Virus record (IMG/VR): IMGVR_UViG_3300033489_000052
Location: 1-26,158 of that record
Length of the DNA stretch: 26,158 nucleotides
Direction: 5' to 3' (one strand)
Origin: a virus
Taxonomy: Duplodnaviria > Caudoviricetes
The position numbers and the translations under genes are program-made. The first letter of the stretch is position 1, and every line of letters begins with the position of its first letter. Below the pieces are notes generated by a model. It searched no databases. It had not been told where the DNA came from and worked only from the letters and a program-made list of their open reading frames with translations. Positions 1 to 8,524 of this stretch are shown in pieces.

Positions 1-139
1 ATGCCGGACTTGATCCGGCATCCAGACGTTGTCCCGATCCCGTATCAAGTACGGGATGAACTCCAGTCGGGAACCATCTCAAAGACTGGATCCCGGTTTC
101 CACCGGGAACCCTGGATTCCGGCTTTTGCCGGAATGACG
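1..139. repeat. Cluster of short palindromic REP-like repeats (CTGGATTCCGGC...GCCGGAATGAC type)
   Basis: Hairpins atgccgga-cttga-tccggcat, atcccgta-tcaag-tacgggat and attccggc-tttt-gccggaat. A related copy lies at 23716-23743. Confidence 0.75.
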
Positions 140-153
140 ATTCTGGTTAGCGA

Positions 154-351
154 TTATTTTCTGCTTTTTTTCGATCCACCCTCACCCGCACCCTCTCCCA
201 TCAAAGGCGAGGGAGAAACAGGATCAAACCTATGAGCGTCCTCCGGCGGCACCTCATCGTAGGTCTTTCCGTGCCCGTATCGCCGGTACTCAAATTTCCC
301 TTCCCTTAAAACCTGAAACGCATTTTCAGTTTTTTTAAGTCGAAATGACAT
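154..351 (-). CDS. Small hypothetical protein of the neck/tail region
   Basis: ATG with GGAGG upstream, co-oriented with the late operon. The C-terminus runs through a palindromic repeat (PSPLMGEGAGEG). Confidence 0.6.
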   Translation of the reverse strand: MSFRLKKTENAFQVLREGKFEYRRYGHGKTYDEVPPEDAHRFDPVSPSPLMGEGAGEGGSKKSRK

Positions 352-376
352 GATCGCCTCCTATCGCCGTGACCTT

Positions 377-425
377 TAACCCCTCTTCATCCCCCCTTAA
401 TTTAAGGGGGGAATAGAGGGGGGTT
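377..425. repeat. Palindromic element CCCCCCTTAA-T-TTAAGGGGGG with flanking arms
   Basis: Inverted repeat seen directly. A related element lies at 17510-17557 (ctccccttag-c-ttaaggggag). Confidence 0.65.
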
Positions 426-846
426 ATCGTATGTATTCAAACCTGCACCCTTTTCTTTGCACGAATACGTCTTCTCCCTTGAACATCGTCTCCGAAGCCA
501 TGACCTCCGGGCAATAAAAATGCTTGACCACTCCGCCGAGCGTGCTCCAGTTGAGCGCAGTCCGAAGATCCTTGACCAACCGGAGAACTCCTTTTTTTGG
601 TCCCTCACCCATGATCGATGCCTCTTCCTTGAGGATCTGGACGTAGACATAGATCAGGACGGACCCGCTCTCATCTTCGGTACGGTCCATGCCTTCGGAA
701 AAATCGCTATCTCCATCCCTGAGTCCCACACAGGGAAATTGAACAGACTCCGGGAGATAATCCGGATCGGGAAGCACGTGAGCGGCTTTGATCTCGCGCA
801 TGGCCGCAGGAATCGCGGATTTGAGAGCCTTAAAAATGGTTTCCAT
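424..846 (-). CDS. Putative tail terminator/neck protein (Mu gp37-like position)
   Basis: 140 aa, directly after gp36-like gene. The 'FPCVGLRDGD' segment resembles tail-completion proteins. Confidence 0.6.
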   Translation of the reverse strand: METIFKALKSAIPAAMREIKAAHVLPDPDYLPESVQFPCVGLRDGDSDFSEGMDRTEDESGSVLIYVYVQILKEEASIMGEGPKKGVLRLVKDLRTALNWSTLGGVVKHFYCPEVMASETMFKGEDVFVQRKGCRFEYIR

Positions 847-897
847 TTTTTTTATTGCTTTCTGGTTACTGCTTACTGCTTTCTGCCTTCTGTTCTT

Positions 898-1569
898 TTA
901 GAATCCCTTCATCTTATCCCGGGTAAAGATCCGCTCTCCACTTGAGATCGTGCTTTCCTGGCCAACTGCCACCTCCGCCTCCGTCACCGGAGGAAGTGAT
1001 GCTTTGCCCGTGGAGATATCTTTCAGATGCGCGATCGCATCCTCATAGTCTTTACGAACAAGCTCGGGCGCCATCGATCGACGCGTATAAAGAAAATAGA
1101 TTGTCAGCGTGACCGAGTGTTGTTTGATGATCGGCGGGACAGTCGTAAAAGGAACCTCCGCCACCTGGCCGCAATACGAATCGATCCGGGCGTCCGCTTT
1201 GGCGATCGCCTCATCAACCTTACTCGTATCTACCGAATAGACGGTGTCTGTGGAATTACCAGCGACAGTCGCCACATTCGAATGGGATCCCACCGCGAGA
1301 TTTCCTGCCGCAAAGTCTCCGACCTGGTCCGAGAGATAGAGATCTCCGGCCGCATCGCCGCCCGCCCAGGTGCCGGTAGAGAGAACCACCTCTTCAACAA
1401 GCGCATGGGTCGCACCCTGGACGATCGTATCGCCCGCGAGGATCTCATACGTCCCGCCCGAGGTGTAAGCGATCTTCTTGGGCGGGCCGGCGCCCGCGTC
1501 GTTGGTCAGCTCGATGATCTTCTTTTCCGGAAGCTGTTTTTTAATGCCCTCAAGCGTGGAATAGGCCAT
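898..1569 (-). CDS. Mu gp36/DUF1320-like head-tail connector with an internal insertion
   Basis: N-terminal MAYST..IIELTND and C-terminal VDEAIAKADARIDSY...YEDAIAHLKDISTGK...RIFTRD motifs typical of gp36. Confidence 0.85.
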   Translation of the reverse strand: MAYSTLEGIKKQLPEKKIIELTNDAGAGPPKKIAYTSGGTYEILAGDTIVQGATHALVEEVVLSTGTWAGGDAAGDLYLSDQVGDFAAGNLAVGSHSNVATVAGNSTDTVYSVDTSKVDEAIAKADARIDSYCGQVAEVPFTTVPPIIKQHSVTLTIYFLYTRRSMAPELVRKDYEDAIAHLKDISTGKASLPPVTEAEVAVGQESTISSGERIFTRDKMKGF

Positions 1570-1584
1570 TTTAAACCTCTTGGC

Positions 1585-1646
1585 TCGGTAGGGCGGGCCA
1601 CTGCGCCCGCCAAAATGGCCGGCACGGTGGCCGCCTCTACGATTCT
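1585..1646. repeat. GTAG-type REP doublet (REPIN-like), copy 1
   Basis: GTAGGGCGGGC-cact-GcGCCCGCC followed by an inverted partner ending CTAC. Near-identical to 1856-1917 and 2831-2886. Confidence 0.85.
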
Positions 1647-1660
1647 ATACGGAATGCTGC

Positions 1661-1840
1661 CTACTTTTTTTCTTTATCCTTTGGCGGATCCGGAACCTCT
1701 TCAACAAAGAGCATCGGCTCGGCCTTGAGCACCTTGAGCTGCTCTTTTGTGAATTTGTCATCCGGATAATCTTTCGGGGCGCCGGAGTGTGCGATCCCGC
1801 AGCGCCGGAATCCTTCTTTTTTGGAACGGATTCTGATCAT
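1661..1840 (-). CDS. HI1506-like small protein (Mu gp35 position), 59 aa, not in the ORF track
   Basis: Manual translation MIRIRSKKEGFRRCGIAHSGAPKDYPDDKFTKEQLKVLKAEPMLFVEE..., containing the GFRRCGxxH...L.AEP.L motif. GGGAGG upstream; lies between gpT and gp36. Confidence 0.85.
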   Translation of the reverse strand: MIRIRSKKEGFRRCGIAHSGAPKDYPDDKFTKEQLKVLKAEPMLFVEEVPDPPKDKEKK

Positions 1841-1855
1841 GAGAACACCTCCCTT

Positions 1856-1917
1856 TCGGTAGGGCGGGCCACTGTGCCCGCCGGAATGGTCGGCGCGGTG
1901 GCCGACCCTATGATTCT
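1856..1917. repeat. GTAG-type REP doublet (REPIN-like), copy 2
   Basis: tcggtagggcgggccactgtgcccgcc...ggtcggcgcggtggccgacccta. Confidence 0.85.
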
Positions 1918-1927
1918 CTTTTGTGAT

Positions 1928-2815
1928 CTATGCTGCTCTCAACCACGGCACCACGACTAACTGGGCTGTGTGATACCAGATATTGCTCGCCCCGGTTGCA
2001 TCATGCTCCGCCTCGACAACCGTTCTTCCGGCGCTCTCATTGGTCGAGCCAACGATCAGATGAGTGGGTCTGGTATTGAGCGGGGTCACACCATCCTCTT
2101 TCGTTCTTCCGAGGATCGATGCTCTCGCCGTTAAATAATGTGCCGCCGTCAGTGTATCCTTGCTGCCATATGCCGTCTGCCAGAGACCAAAGCCGACGTT
2201 CTTCCGATCATCCACGCCATAACGGAATTTCTTCCGCATGAAGACGTTCTCGGCAGTCGGCTGATCCTGAGCCACAAATTCCGGCTCTTTCCGGATCTGC
2301 AAAATCACGGGCTTGATGGGCCGCGAGAGATCGGCCAGAATCCAGGGCTCTCCGGCGCCGCCTCCATCATTAGAAACCGACTGGCCATTGACCTGGTGGT
2401 CCTCATCGAAAAAATATTGACCGTCGGAGCACTCCGTGGTAAAGCCCGCTGCGAGCAGCTGGAAGACAAGAAGATCTCTGTGCTCTTGGGGCACTAATCC
2501 CATTTGCTGAAGACGCGGCGTATAAATCCCAATTTGGTCATCCTCGATGTCGTCGCGATCAACTTCGATCGTGTCCTCCCAGGATTTGTTGACGATTTCA
2601 TAATGGAATCCGGCAAGATCCTTAATAGTTCTATCGCCGACCCATTCTTTCATGCCGCCGAAATCCCCAAGCCATTTGTAATCCATGCTTCTTGCCCCCG
2701 AGGGCGCTCTCATGGCGACCAATGGCCATTGGCTCGGCGCCGCATCCAGGGCATTATTAAAAAGCGTGCTGAAACTCCTTCCGATGCCCACAAGGGCTGC
2801 CTGATTGACTATCAT
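1928..2815 (-). CDS. Mu-like major head subunit (gpT family)
   Basis: Motifs YKWLG..MKEWVGDR, IEVDRDDIEDDQIG, DGQYFFD.DH, YGVDDR.NVGFGLWQ. Start moved to ATG 2815 (AAGGAGG upstream); the longer ORF merely reads through a repeat. Confidence 0.93.
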   Translation of the reverse strand: MIVNQAALVGIGRSFSTLFNNALDAAPSQWPLVAMRAPSGARSMDYKWLGDFGGMKEWVGDRTIKDLAGFHYEIVNKSWEDTIEVDRDDIEDDQIGIYTPRLQQMGLVPQEHRDLLVFQLLAAGFTTECSDGQYFFDEDHQVNGQSVSNDGGGAGEPWILADLSRPIKPVILQIRKEPEFVAQDQPTAENVFMRKKFRYGVDDRKNVGFGLWQTAYGSKDTLTAAHYLTARASILGRTKEDGVTPLNTRPTHLIVGSTNESAGRTVVEAEHDATGASNIWYHTAQLVVVPWLRAA

Positions 2816-2830
2816 TGGTAATTCCTCCTT

Positions 2831-2886
2831 TCGGTAGGGCGGGCCACTGTGCCCGCCAGAATGGTCGGCACGGTGGCCGACCCTAC
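2831..2886. repeat. GTAG-type REP doublet (REPIN-like), copy 3
   Basis: tcggtagggcgggccactgtgcccgccagaatggtcggcacggtggccgaccctac, with GTAG/CTAC at the ends. Confidence 0.85.
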
Positions 2887-2960
2887 TGGCCCTGCACCGT
2901 GGAAGGTACAGGGCTGACGACGGATATGCGCCCCCAATCAATGAGGGCGCTACCGAACTC

Positions 2961-4160
2961 TTAGCTCGTCAGAATCTTTTTCTTGTACGCGATGAACGCG
3001 CCGAACATGATCAGGTCATCCGTCCCCAGGGTGCCTGCCTTCGGCTTGAGGGTTATTTCCATCAAGTTGGGGTAGGCTGCCAGGTTAGCCAGGGCCAGCG
3101 TACGGGTCACATGCTGGATGGTCTTGGTGCTGGCATTGATCATCGCATCGGTGTCGCCGCCGAAATCCGTATCGGCATCATAGAGTGCTCCGACCACGTT
3201 GTTGAATGCCTCGACGGTGAATTTCGGGAGATCCCCTGCCGTCGCCCCGATCTTGGCCGCTATGACATGCAAGGTCATGTCGGCGGTGATATCCGCATCG
3301 GGCGGGACCAGCACTTTAGCCGCGACCGGCAATGGTGCGGCGTGATTATTCCACCGGACACCCATGCCCTTGGCGGTTACGCAGAAACCGGGCACATCCG
3401 AATCCCCGTTCGAAAAGGCCGCCAGGGCAACGCCGGCGGCGCTAAAGTATGGCGTCGGGATGTCGATGATCCCCTGGGCGCTGAGAAGGCCTTGATAGAT
3501 TTCTTGCAGGGCCGCCTCGACCTGAGTCGTTTCCGTAAAAAGTCCGGCGTCGGCGATTGAGATCGCTGAGGCTGCGTGGGCTGCCGTCGGATCCGCGATA
3601 TGGGTGGCCACGTCGGCCTGGCGGATCGCAGGCTCGATATCGACCCAGGCGTGAGTGGTATCGATATACTTGGCGATGTTTCCGCAAAAAATATTGTAGG
3701 TCACGTTGCCCGTGACATCGACCGTGCCGTCCGATGCAAGAAAGACGTTGTCGCCCATATTTGCGATGCTGATCGCCGTCGCGAAGGTCATCTTAAATAG
3801 ACCCCGCCTTCTGACCAAAACTGTAATGGCGCCCGAAGCGCCCGCGGGATAATTGTTTGCGTTCTCCCTTGCGATTCCCATGAAGATATATCCGCTTGCA
3901 TCATCGCCCGGCACAGCGTAACCATCCGATCTGACGCAAACGAATGCGCCGGCATAAATGTTGACGTACTGGTAGACTAAGAGAGGAACCTCGACGCCCT
4001 CCGTGTATTCCGTCTTCTTGTCCGCCGACAATGTCAACGCCATGCCGATCAGGGGCAGGGTCATCATTAGGCTCAAAATGGAATTTTCCATCAGAGCAAA
4101 AACGGTGATGACGGCCATCATCAACATTCCCAGTATGATCCAATTTCTTCTTAACCTCAT
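2961..4160 (-). CDS. Putative capsid decoration/cement protein with N-terminal hydrophobic segment and long C-terminal extension
   Basis: Lies between protease and gpT. Core IYAGAFVC..GYAVPG..GIA...V.VRRRGLF...VFLASDGTV resembles the small head protein at this position in Mu-like phages. AAGGAG upstream. Confidence 0.7.
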   Translation of the reverse strand: MRLRRNWIILGMLMMAVITVFALMENSILSLMMTLPLIGMALTLSADKKTEYTEGVEVPLLVYQYVNIYAGAFVCVRSDGYAVPGDDASGYIFMGIARENANNYPAGASGAITVLVRRRGLFKMTFATAISIANMGDNVFLASDGTVDVTGNVTYNIFCGNIAKYIDTTHAWVDIEPAIRQADVATHIADPTAAHAASAISIADAGLFTETTQVEAALQEIYQGLLSAQGIIDIPTPYFSAAGVALAAFSNGDSDVPGFCVTAKGMGVRWNNHAAPLPVAAKVLVPPDADITADMTLHVIAAKIGATAGDLPKFTVEAFNNVVGALYDADTDFGGDTDAMINASTKTIQHVTRTLALANLAAYPNLMEITLKPKAGTLGTDDLIMFGAFIAYKKKILTS

Positions 4161-4222
4161 TTCCGTTTCCTCCTTTTCTCGAATATTACGAATGAAAAAC
4201 GAATGACACGCATTTCATTCGA

Positions 4223-5467
4223 TTAATTCGGTGTGTTGTATTTCTTCCAGACTTCGTCAGGGATGCCCATCATCTTATTGATGGACTTCTGGACTTCATC
4301 CATCCCGCCGTCTCTCGAGGGCGGCGCCGGGGGGATTCCGCCGATGGGGATCACGCTCCCTGCGGGCCTCGAAAGCACGATGATCTTGAACTGCTCCGGG
4401 CTTTTCAGCGCCAGGTCTCTTCCCCACTTGTCGAGTTCCTCCGGAGAAGTCTTCCCTTCCTTGAGAGCGAGCTGCACGAGATCGCCCTGCTTGATCTCCT
4501 GGAGCTGCTTTCTGAGATCGGCCACCTCGAGAGAGAGCGTCTTCGCCACATCGGCCGGCGCCTTGAATGACGCGACGATCTGAACGACCTCTTCCTTCGT
4601 CGCCTCCGGTTTTGCCCCGACTGCCTCGAGGACCTCTTTGCAGGCGACGATCATATCAAATGATTTAACTTTGTTGACGAGGAGCTGAACCGCCTCCTCC
4701 ACCTTTGCCTCGGTCCCGCCGTCGGCGGGACCAGTCAATCCCAAAAGTTCCATGAGCTTTTCAAACATAAGTTTTTCCTCCTTTCCTTTCTGTTGGCGAT
4801 CAATGTCAATATCCAAAAGCCTATCGGCTTCGAGCTTTGAAATGATCGGTCTAAGGTTATTGATCTTAGGAAAATTTGTGAGAGCCACATTCATCACCGC
4901 TACGATTCTTTTGTCCGATGGCCGGACGAGGATCACCGGGGAGAAGAACCGATATTCCCTGTTGGCGATATATTCGCTCGCCCGCTTCGTCCAATCGACT
5001 ACGACCCAAATTCCGTCCTTCCCCTTATTGATCATCTTTTTGATCCAACCTGCGGCCGGAGCTTCTCCGTCCCCGAGCGATTGATGTTCATAATCGATCA
5101 CCATGTCGTTTCCGCGGCGGGCCTGATACTGCAAAATCAATCTCGCGCTTTCCTCATCGATTAGGGCGGGCCCCTCACCCTCGATATCGATTTCGCCTTG
5201 AGGAAGAAGCTGAAATTCTCTTGGCGCATCGGAGGAGATTTCTTTCAAAATCAGAGCAGGATGCATTCTGTTTTTTGAAATCTCCACCCACTCATCGCCC
5301 TTCTTTTCGTATTTATTTTTTACCGCGGCCCAGGCCACTGCGAAGCATTTCTCCTCGTCGCCTTCATATTGCTCGAAGGCCGAGTTGAAAGCGGCCATGA
5401 AGATCTCCTGGCCGTGCTCTGGAAGGATTTTCACTGCATCGGGAAGTTCATTCAAATTCTTGTACAT
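4223..5467 (-). CDS. Mu gpI-like prohead protease/scaffold with N-terminal ChaB-like domain
   Basis: IDYEHQ, APAAGWI, WT..A..YI...EYRFFSPV and ALTN.P motifs. Residues 1-62 resemble ChaB. Confidence 0.92.
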   Translation of the reverse strand: MYKNLNELPDAVKILPEHGQEIFMAAFNSAFEQYEGDEEKCFAVAWAAVKNKYEKKGDEWVEISKNRMHPALILKEISSDAPREFQLLPQGEIDIEGEGPALIDEESARLILQYQARRGNDMVIDYEHQSLGDGEAPAAGWIKKMINKGKDGIWVVVDWTKRASEYIANREYRFFSPVILVRPSDKRIVAVMNVALTNFPKINNLRPIISKLEADRLLDIDIDRQQKGKEEKLMFEKLMELLGLTGPADGGTEAKVEEAVQLLVNKVKSFDMIVACKEVLEAVGAKPEATKEEVVQIVASFKAPADVAKTLSLEVADLRKQLQEIKQGDLVQLALKEGKTSPEELDKWGRDLALKSPEQFKIIVLSRPAGSVIPIGGIPPAPPSRDGGMDEVQKSINKMMGIPDEVWKKYNTPN

Positions 5468-5526
5468 GGTCTTTCTCCTGGATCGATTTTGATTGATAAT
5501 TGATAATTGCTAATTGACCTTGATCA

Positions 5527-5961
5527 TTATTTTTTTAATAAATAATCCGCCGCCGTCTCATTGATCTCCTTCCAGTCTTCGCCCTGGATCAGCATGTACG
5601 GCCTCGCCGGAATCGTAACCTTGCGTCCACGGCCTGCTTGGCCCCCGAAATGATGGATCGCCGCGTAGACGACATTGGTGCCGACAACGACCCTATCCGG
5701 GAAGGCCTGGACCTTGATCGATCTCTTCAATCTTCCCTTGTCGATCAACTTTATATCGCGTCCTTTTTTTGCCACGGTCGCCGGGCTGAGCCTGACCCAA
5801 CCCTGCGGTCTGCCGCCCGCCTCAAAATTTTTATTTATCGACGTGCGGATGGCCTGGCCGATGGTCTTCATCGCCGGCGTCATATTTTTCATCTTCGCCG
5901 AGAGCGCCGCCAGCGTCGCCTTCGCCATATCCGCATCAAGTCTCCAGATTAATTTGATCAT
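5527..5961 (-). CDS. Virion morphogenesis protein (Mu gpG-like)
   Basis: NF...GRP..W..LSP.T, VGTNVVYAAIHHFGG and IPARPY motifs. Start uncertain. Confidence 0.9.
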   Translation of the reverse strand: MIKLIWRLDADMAKATLAALSAKMKNMTPAMKTIGQAIRTSINKNFEAGGRPQGWVRLSPATVAKKGRDIKLIDKGRLKRSIKVQAFPDRVVVGTNVVYAAIHHFGGQAGRGRKVTIPARPYMLIQGEDWKEINETAADYLLKK

Positions 5962-6008
5962 TTATTTTTTTGCCTTTTATTGCTAATTGGTCATTGCCCA
6001 TTGATCTT

Positions 6009-6683
6009 TTATAACAGTCCTGCTGCCATTCCCAATTTCCCCGGGTTAAAATCCCATCCGGGATCGATCCCTTTTGGAACATCATGGACCTCGCCGGTCT
6101 CTTTATCAGTCCATTCATAAGTCTCTATTTTCGGAGAAGGCGATACGTTCAATCCCTCGCGCTCAACCTCTCTGCCAGAGAGGCTCACAACGCCTCACGT
6201 GCATCCCCAGCCATTCGGTGGGTAATGAGTATCCCACCACGGATCATCTGCAGGCAAAACCAGATTGTACCAAGGGATGTGTTCTTCTCTCGGCTCCCTG
6301 GCGTGAGATGGCACATATCTCCAGTACGGCCTTTCCTCCAGAACATCGGGATCGATCATCTGTTGGTAGTGCCCGGCGCTGTAAGCGACGCGGACATTCG
6401 TATCAAATATCAATTTGGATCTCGCCCCCTCGATTCCGTAGCCGAGAAGCGTATCGCCGATTATTTTCTTCCAATCCCCGAAGCTCATCCCTTCTTCGAT
6501 TGCTTTTGTAATCGATTTCTGAACGTCGGTAAGAGCATCTATGCCCGTCATGTTTGAAACCGAGAAGGCCCTGATGCGCGATTCCTTCGCCAGGTTCATA
6601 AACTCGTCCATCGTCATCGGGACCTTGTCTTTAAAAAAATCTATTGCTTCATCGAAGGGAAGCGGTCCCCATTCAACATCCAT
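6009..6683 (-). CDS. Mu gpF-like minor head protein with in-frame TGA (6195-6197), candidate selenocysteine
   Basis: PFDEAIDFF, IFDTNVR.AYSAG, RPYWRY and DDPWWDTHYPPNGWGC motifs. The frame continues after TGA for 61 codons, including GIDPGWDFNPGK, to TAA at 6009-6011. Start placed at ATG 6683 (GAGG upstream). Confidence 0.85.
6159..6193 (-). promoter_or_regulatory. Bacterial SECIS-like hairpin
   Basis: Directly 3' of the UGA: GCGUU-gug-AGCCUCUCU-GGC-AGAGAGGUU-g-AGCGC. The apical loop starts with G, 18 nt after the UGA. Confidence 0.65.
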
Positions 6684-6721
6684 AACAACCTCATCAATTC
6701 TCAATTTTCAATGGTCATTGG

Positions 6722-8311
6722 TCATTGCCCATTGATCTTTACTTCGATTCTCCCCAGAAGATTTGCAACAAAAAAGCTCCGCGCCATCATCTCTTTCATT
6801 TTTTCGAGATCGAGATCTTTAAACCGCTCAAGGATTTTCGCCTGGAGATCCTCAAGGCTTGTCGCCTCATCGATGATCGCCATCAACGAGTCGTGAAACT
6901 CCGAGATCCCGCCCTGCTCGAGGGAATTCTTAACAAGAGATTCGAGTTCGGAGTTCGGGGTCCGGAGTTCGGAGTTTTTGTTTTTGATTATTTTTTCTCC
7001 GTGTCTGATTTTCATTGCAAACGGATTCGCTGCCGGCGCCGGGGGCGCAAGCGCGGTCTCGCCTTTAGCCGGAAGAGGAATTTTGAATCTATCGGAAACA
7101 TGCTCCTGGCTTATGGGTTGCCCAAGGGCCGAAACATTCTTATAGACTTCGGAGAGGGTTTTTAAATCTTCGGATGGCTCATATTGGATTTTGAACCAGG
7201 GAAGGAGTTTGTCCCATCCGAAGTTCCATCCCACCAGAGGCCGAAACATCTGAAAGCGGATCGTCTTCGAAAGCGATTCCGAATCGCCCCGGGTCAAATC
7301 CTGTCGGACTTCGTTATGGACCTTGCCGAGCGCATAAGAGCCAGAATCGCCTTCCTGCGTCGTCAGGGTCTGGCCGAGAATCGCCTTGCTCATCTGCTTG
7401 TCGCAGAAATTGGCCAGCACATCGAAGACATTTTGAGTCCCGGTATTCTTCATTGTCTCGATGAATTCGATCTCCGTGTTCTTGGAGATGACGCCTGCCG
7501 CATCCGTTCCGAGCGATTGAATGGCTGCAATCAGGGACTCCTTATCTTCTTTGCTTGCCCCCGAATCATATTTCCCAAGGCGAAGAGGCATCCCAAAAAT
7601 TTCCGCGAAGGCGACCCAGTCCTTGATTGCGTAATTTTTGAAGAGATACATCCACGAGCAGACGCGCATGATGCCGGCTCTCGTGTCGTATCCCGAGCGG
7701 GCCTTATAGCGGTGATAGATGAGTTTAAACGGAGGCATAATCTCGCCGTTGATCTGCTCGGCTTCGGTGATGATCTTCGGCATCTCAAATGTTTTTTGCC
7801 AAATGCCTGCGGCGCCTCGATCGTAAAAGACCGCGCGCTTCTGGTGGATCCACGAAAGATCGGAGAGCACCACTTTGCCGCTCGCAAAATCATATATCGG
7901 CTCGATCATGGCAAAACCTTTTGGGATTGCGTCGAGAAGATCGAGCAGGGCGTCTTCGAATTTTGGAAGATTGTAGAGCACATCCTCCAGGAATTCGGCG
8001 ATCTTCTTATCCTCAGCGCTTTCGGAGTACGGCTGAATCTCATAATCAAACGAGAGCACCGCATTTTTTCTCTTCTGAAACTCGGCATTGAGATGTGTAT
8101 CCTTTTCCTCCATGTCTTCGAACAATTCAGATTGGCGGTAGACGTCCCCCTGGTCCGCCTCAACCAGGATCGAAGCGAGCTTTTCAGGGGTCAGGCCCTT
8201 CGAGGGATATTGCGACCAGCGGTCCCTGATTGCGGTGACGGCAATCTCCCTCATTTCGGGCTTCTTGCCCACCTGAATTTCACGCCCAAATTGATCAAAA
8301 AGAGTGTTCAT
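6722..8311 (-). CDS. Portal protein (DUF935 / Mu gp29 family)
   Basis: GLTPEKLASIL, LFEDMEEKD.H, EIFGMPLRLGKY, SKAILGQTLTT and GSYALGKVHNEVR motifs. Confidence 0.95.
   Translation of the reverse strand: MNTLFDQFGREIQVGKKPEMREIAVTAIRDRWSQYPSKGLTPEKLASILVEADQGDVYRQSELFEDMEEKDTHLNAEFQKRKNAVLSFDYEIQPYSESAEDKKIAEFLEDVLYNLPKFEDALLDLLDAIPKGFAMIEPIYDFASGKVVLSDLSWIHQKRAVFYDRGAAGIWQKTFEMPKIITEAEQINGEIMPPFKLIYHRYKARSGYDTRAGIMRVCSWMYLFKNYAIKDWVAFAEIFGMPLRLGKYDSGASKEDKESLIAAIQSLGTDAAGVISKNTEIEFIETMKNTGTQNVFDVLANFCDKQMSKAILGQTLTTQEGDSGSYALGKVHNEVRQDLTRGDSESLSKTIRFQMFRPLVGWNFGWDKLLPWFKIQYEPSEDLKTLSEVYKNVSALGQPISQEHVSDRFKIPLPAKGETALAPPAPAANPFAMKIRHGEKIIKNKNSELRTPNSELESLVKNSLEQGGISEFHDSLMAIIDEATSLEDLQAKILERFKDLDLEKMKEMMARSFFVANLLGRIEVKINGQ
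6944..6978. repeat. Heptamer tandem repeat (GAGTTCG)n inside the portal gene
   Basis: About five degenerate 7-mers encoding NSELRTPNSEL. Same family at 10035-10064 and 21254-21283. Confidence 0.8.
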
Positions 8312-8524
8312 GCTGCTATTGCCTCATCCCCCCATCAGGAATGCCCCTGTGAGCGCGGTTGACAGGGGGTTGACATAATTGTCAACCCTTTTAAGGGGTT
8401 GATACAGCCTCTTCCGGATTAATGCCCTTAAAACGCAAAATCTCGAATAATGGCATTTTTTCAAACTGAATTTGATTTTCATGTCTTTCACGAATGAACC
8501 GAATGATAGCGAATTACACGAATT

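Noticed and set aside
29-235. 68-aa plus-strand ORF
   Set aside because: Composed of palindromic repeat translations (WIPAFAGMT, PSPAPSPIKGEG).
2816-2941. N-terminal extensions given by the ORF track for gpT (also endolysin, 13620 ORF and 22723 ORF)
   Set aside because: They read through repeat elements. Downstream ATGs have clear Shine-Dalgarno sequences.
6195-6704. gpF as a simple 169-aa gene or frameshifted pseudogene
   Set aside because: The same frame continues with a family-typical C-terminal motif and a SECIS-like hairpin, so recoding fits better. A nonsense mutation remains possible.
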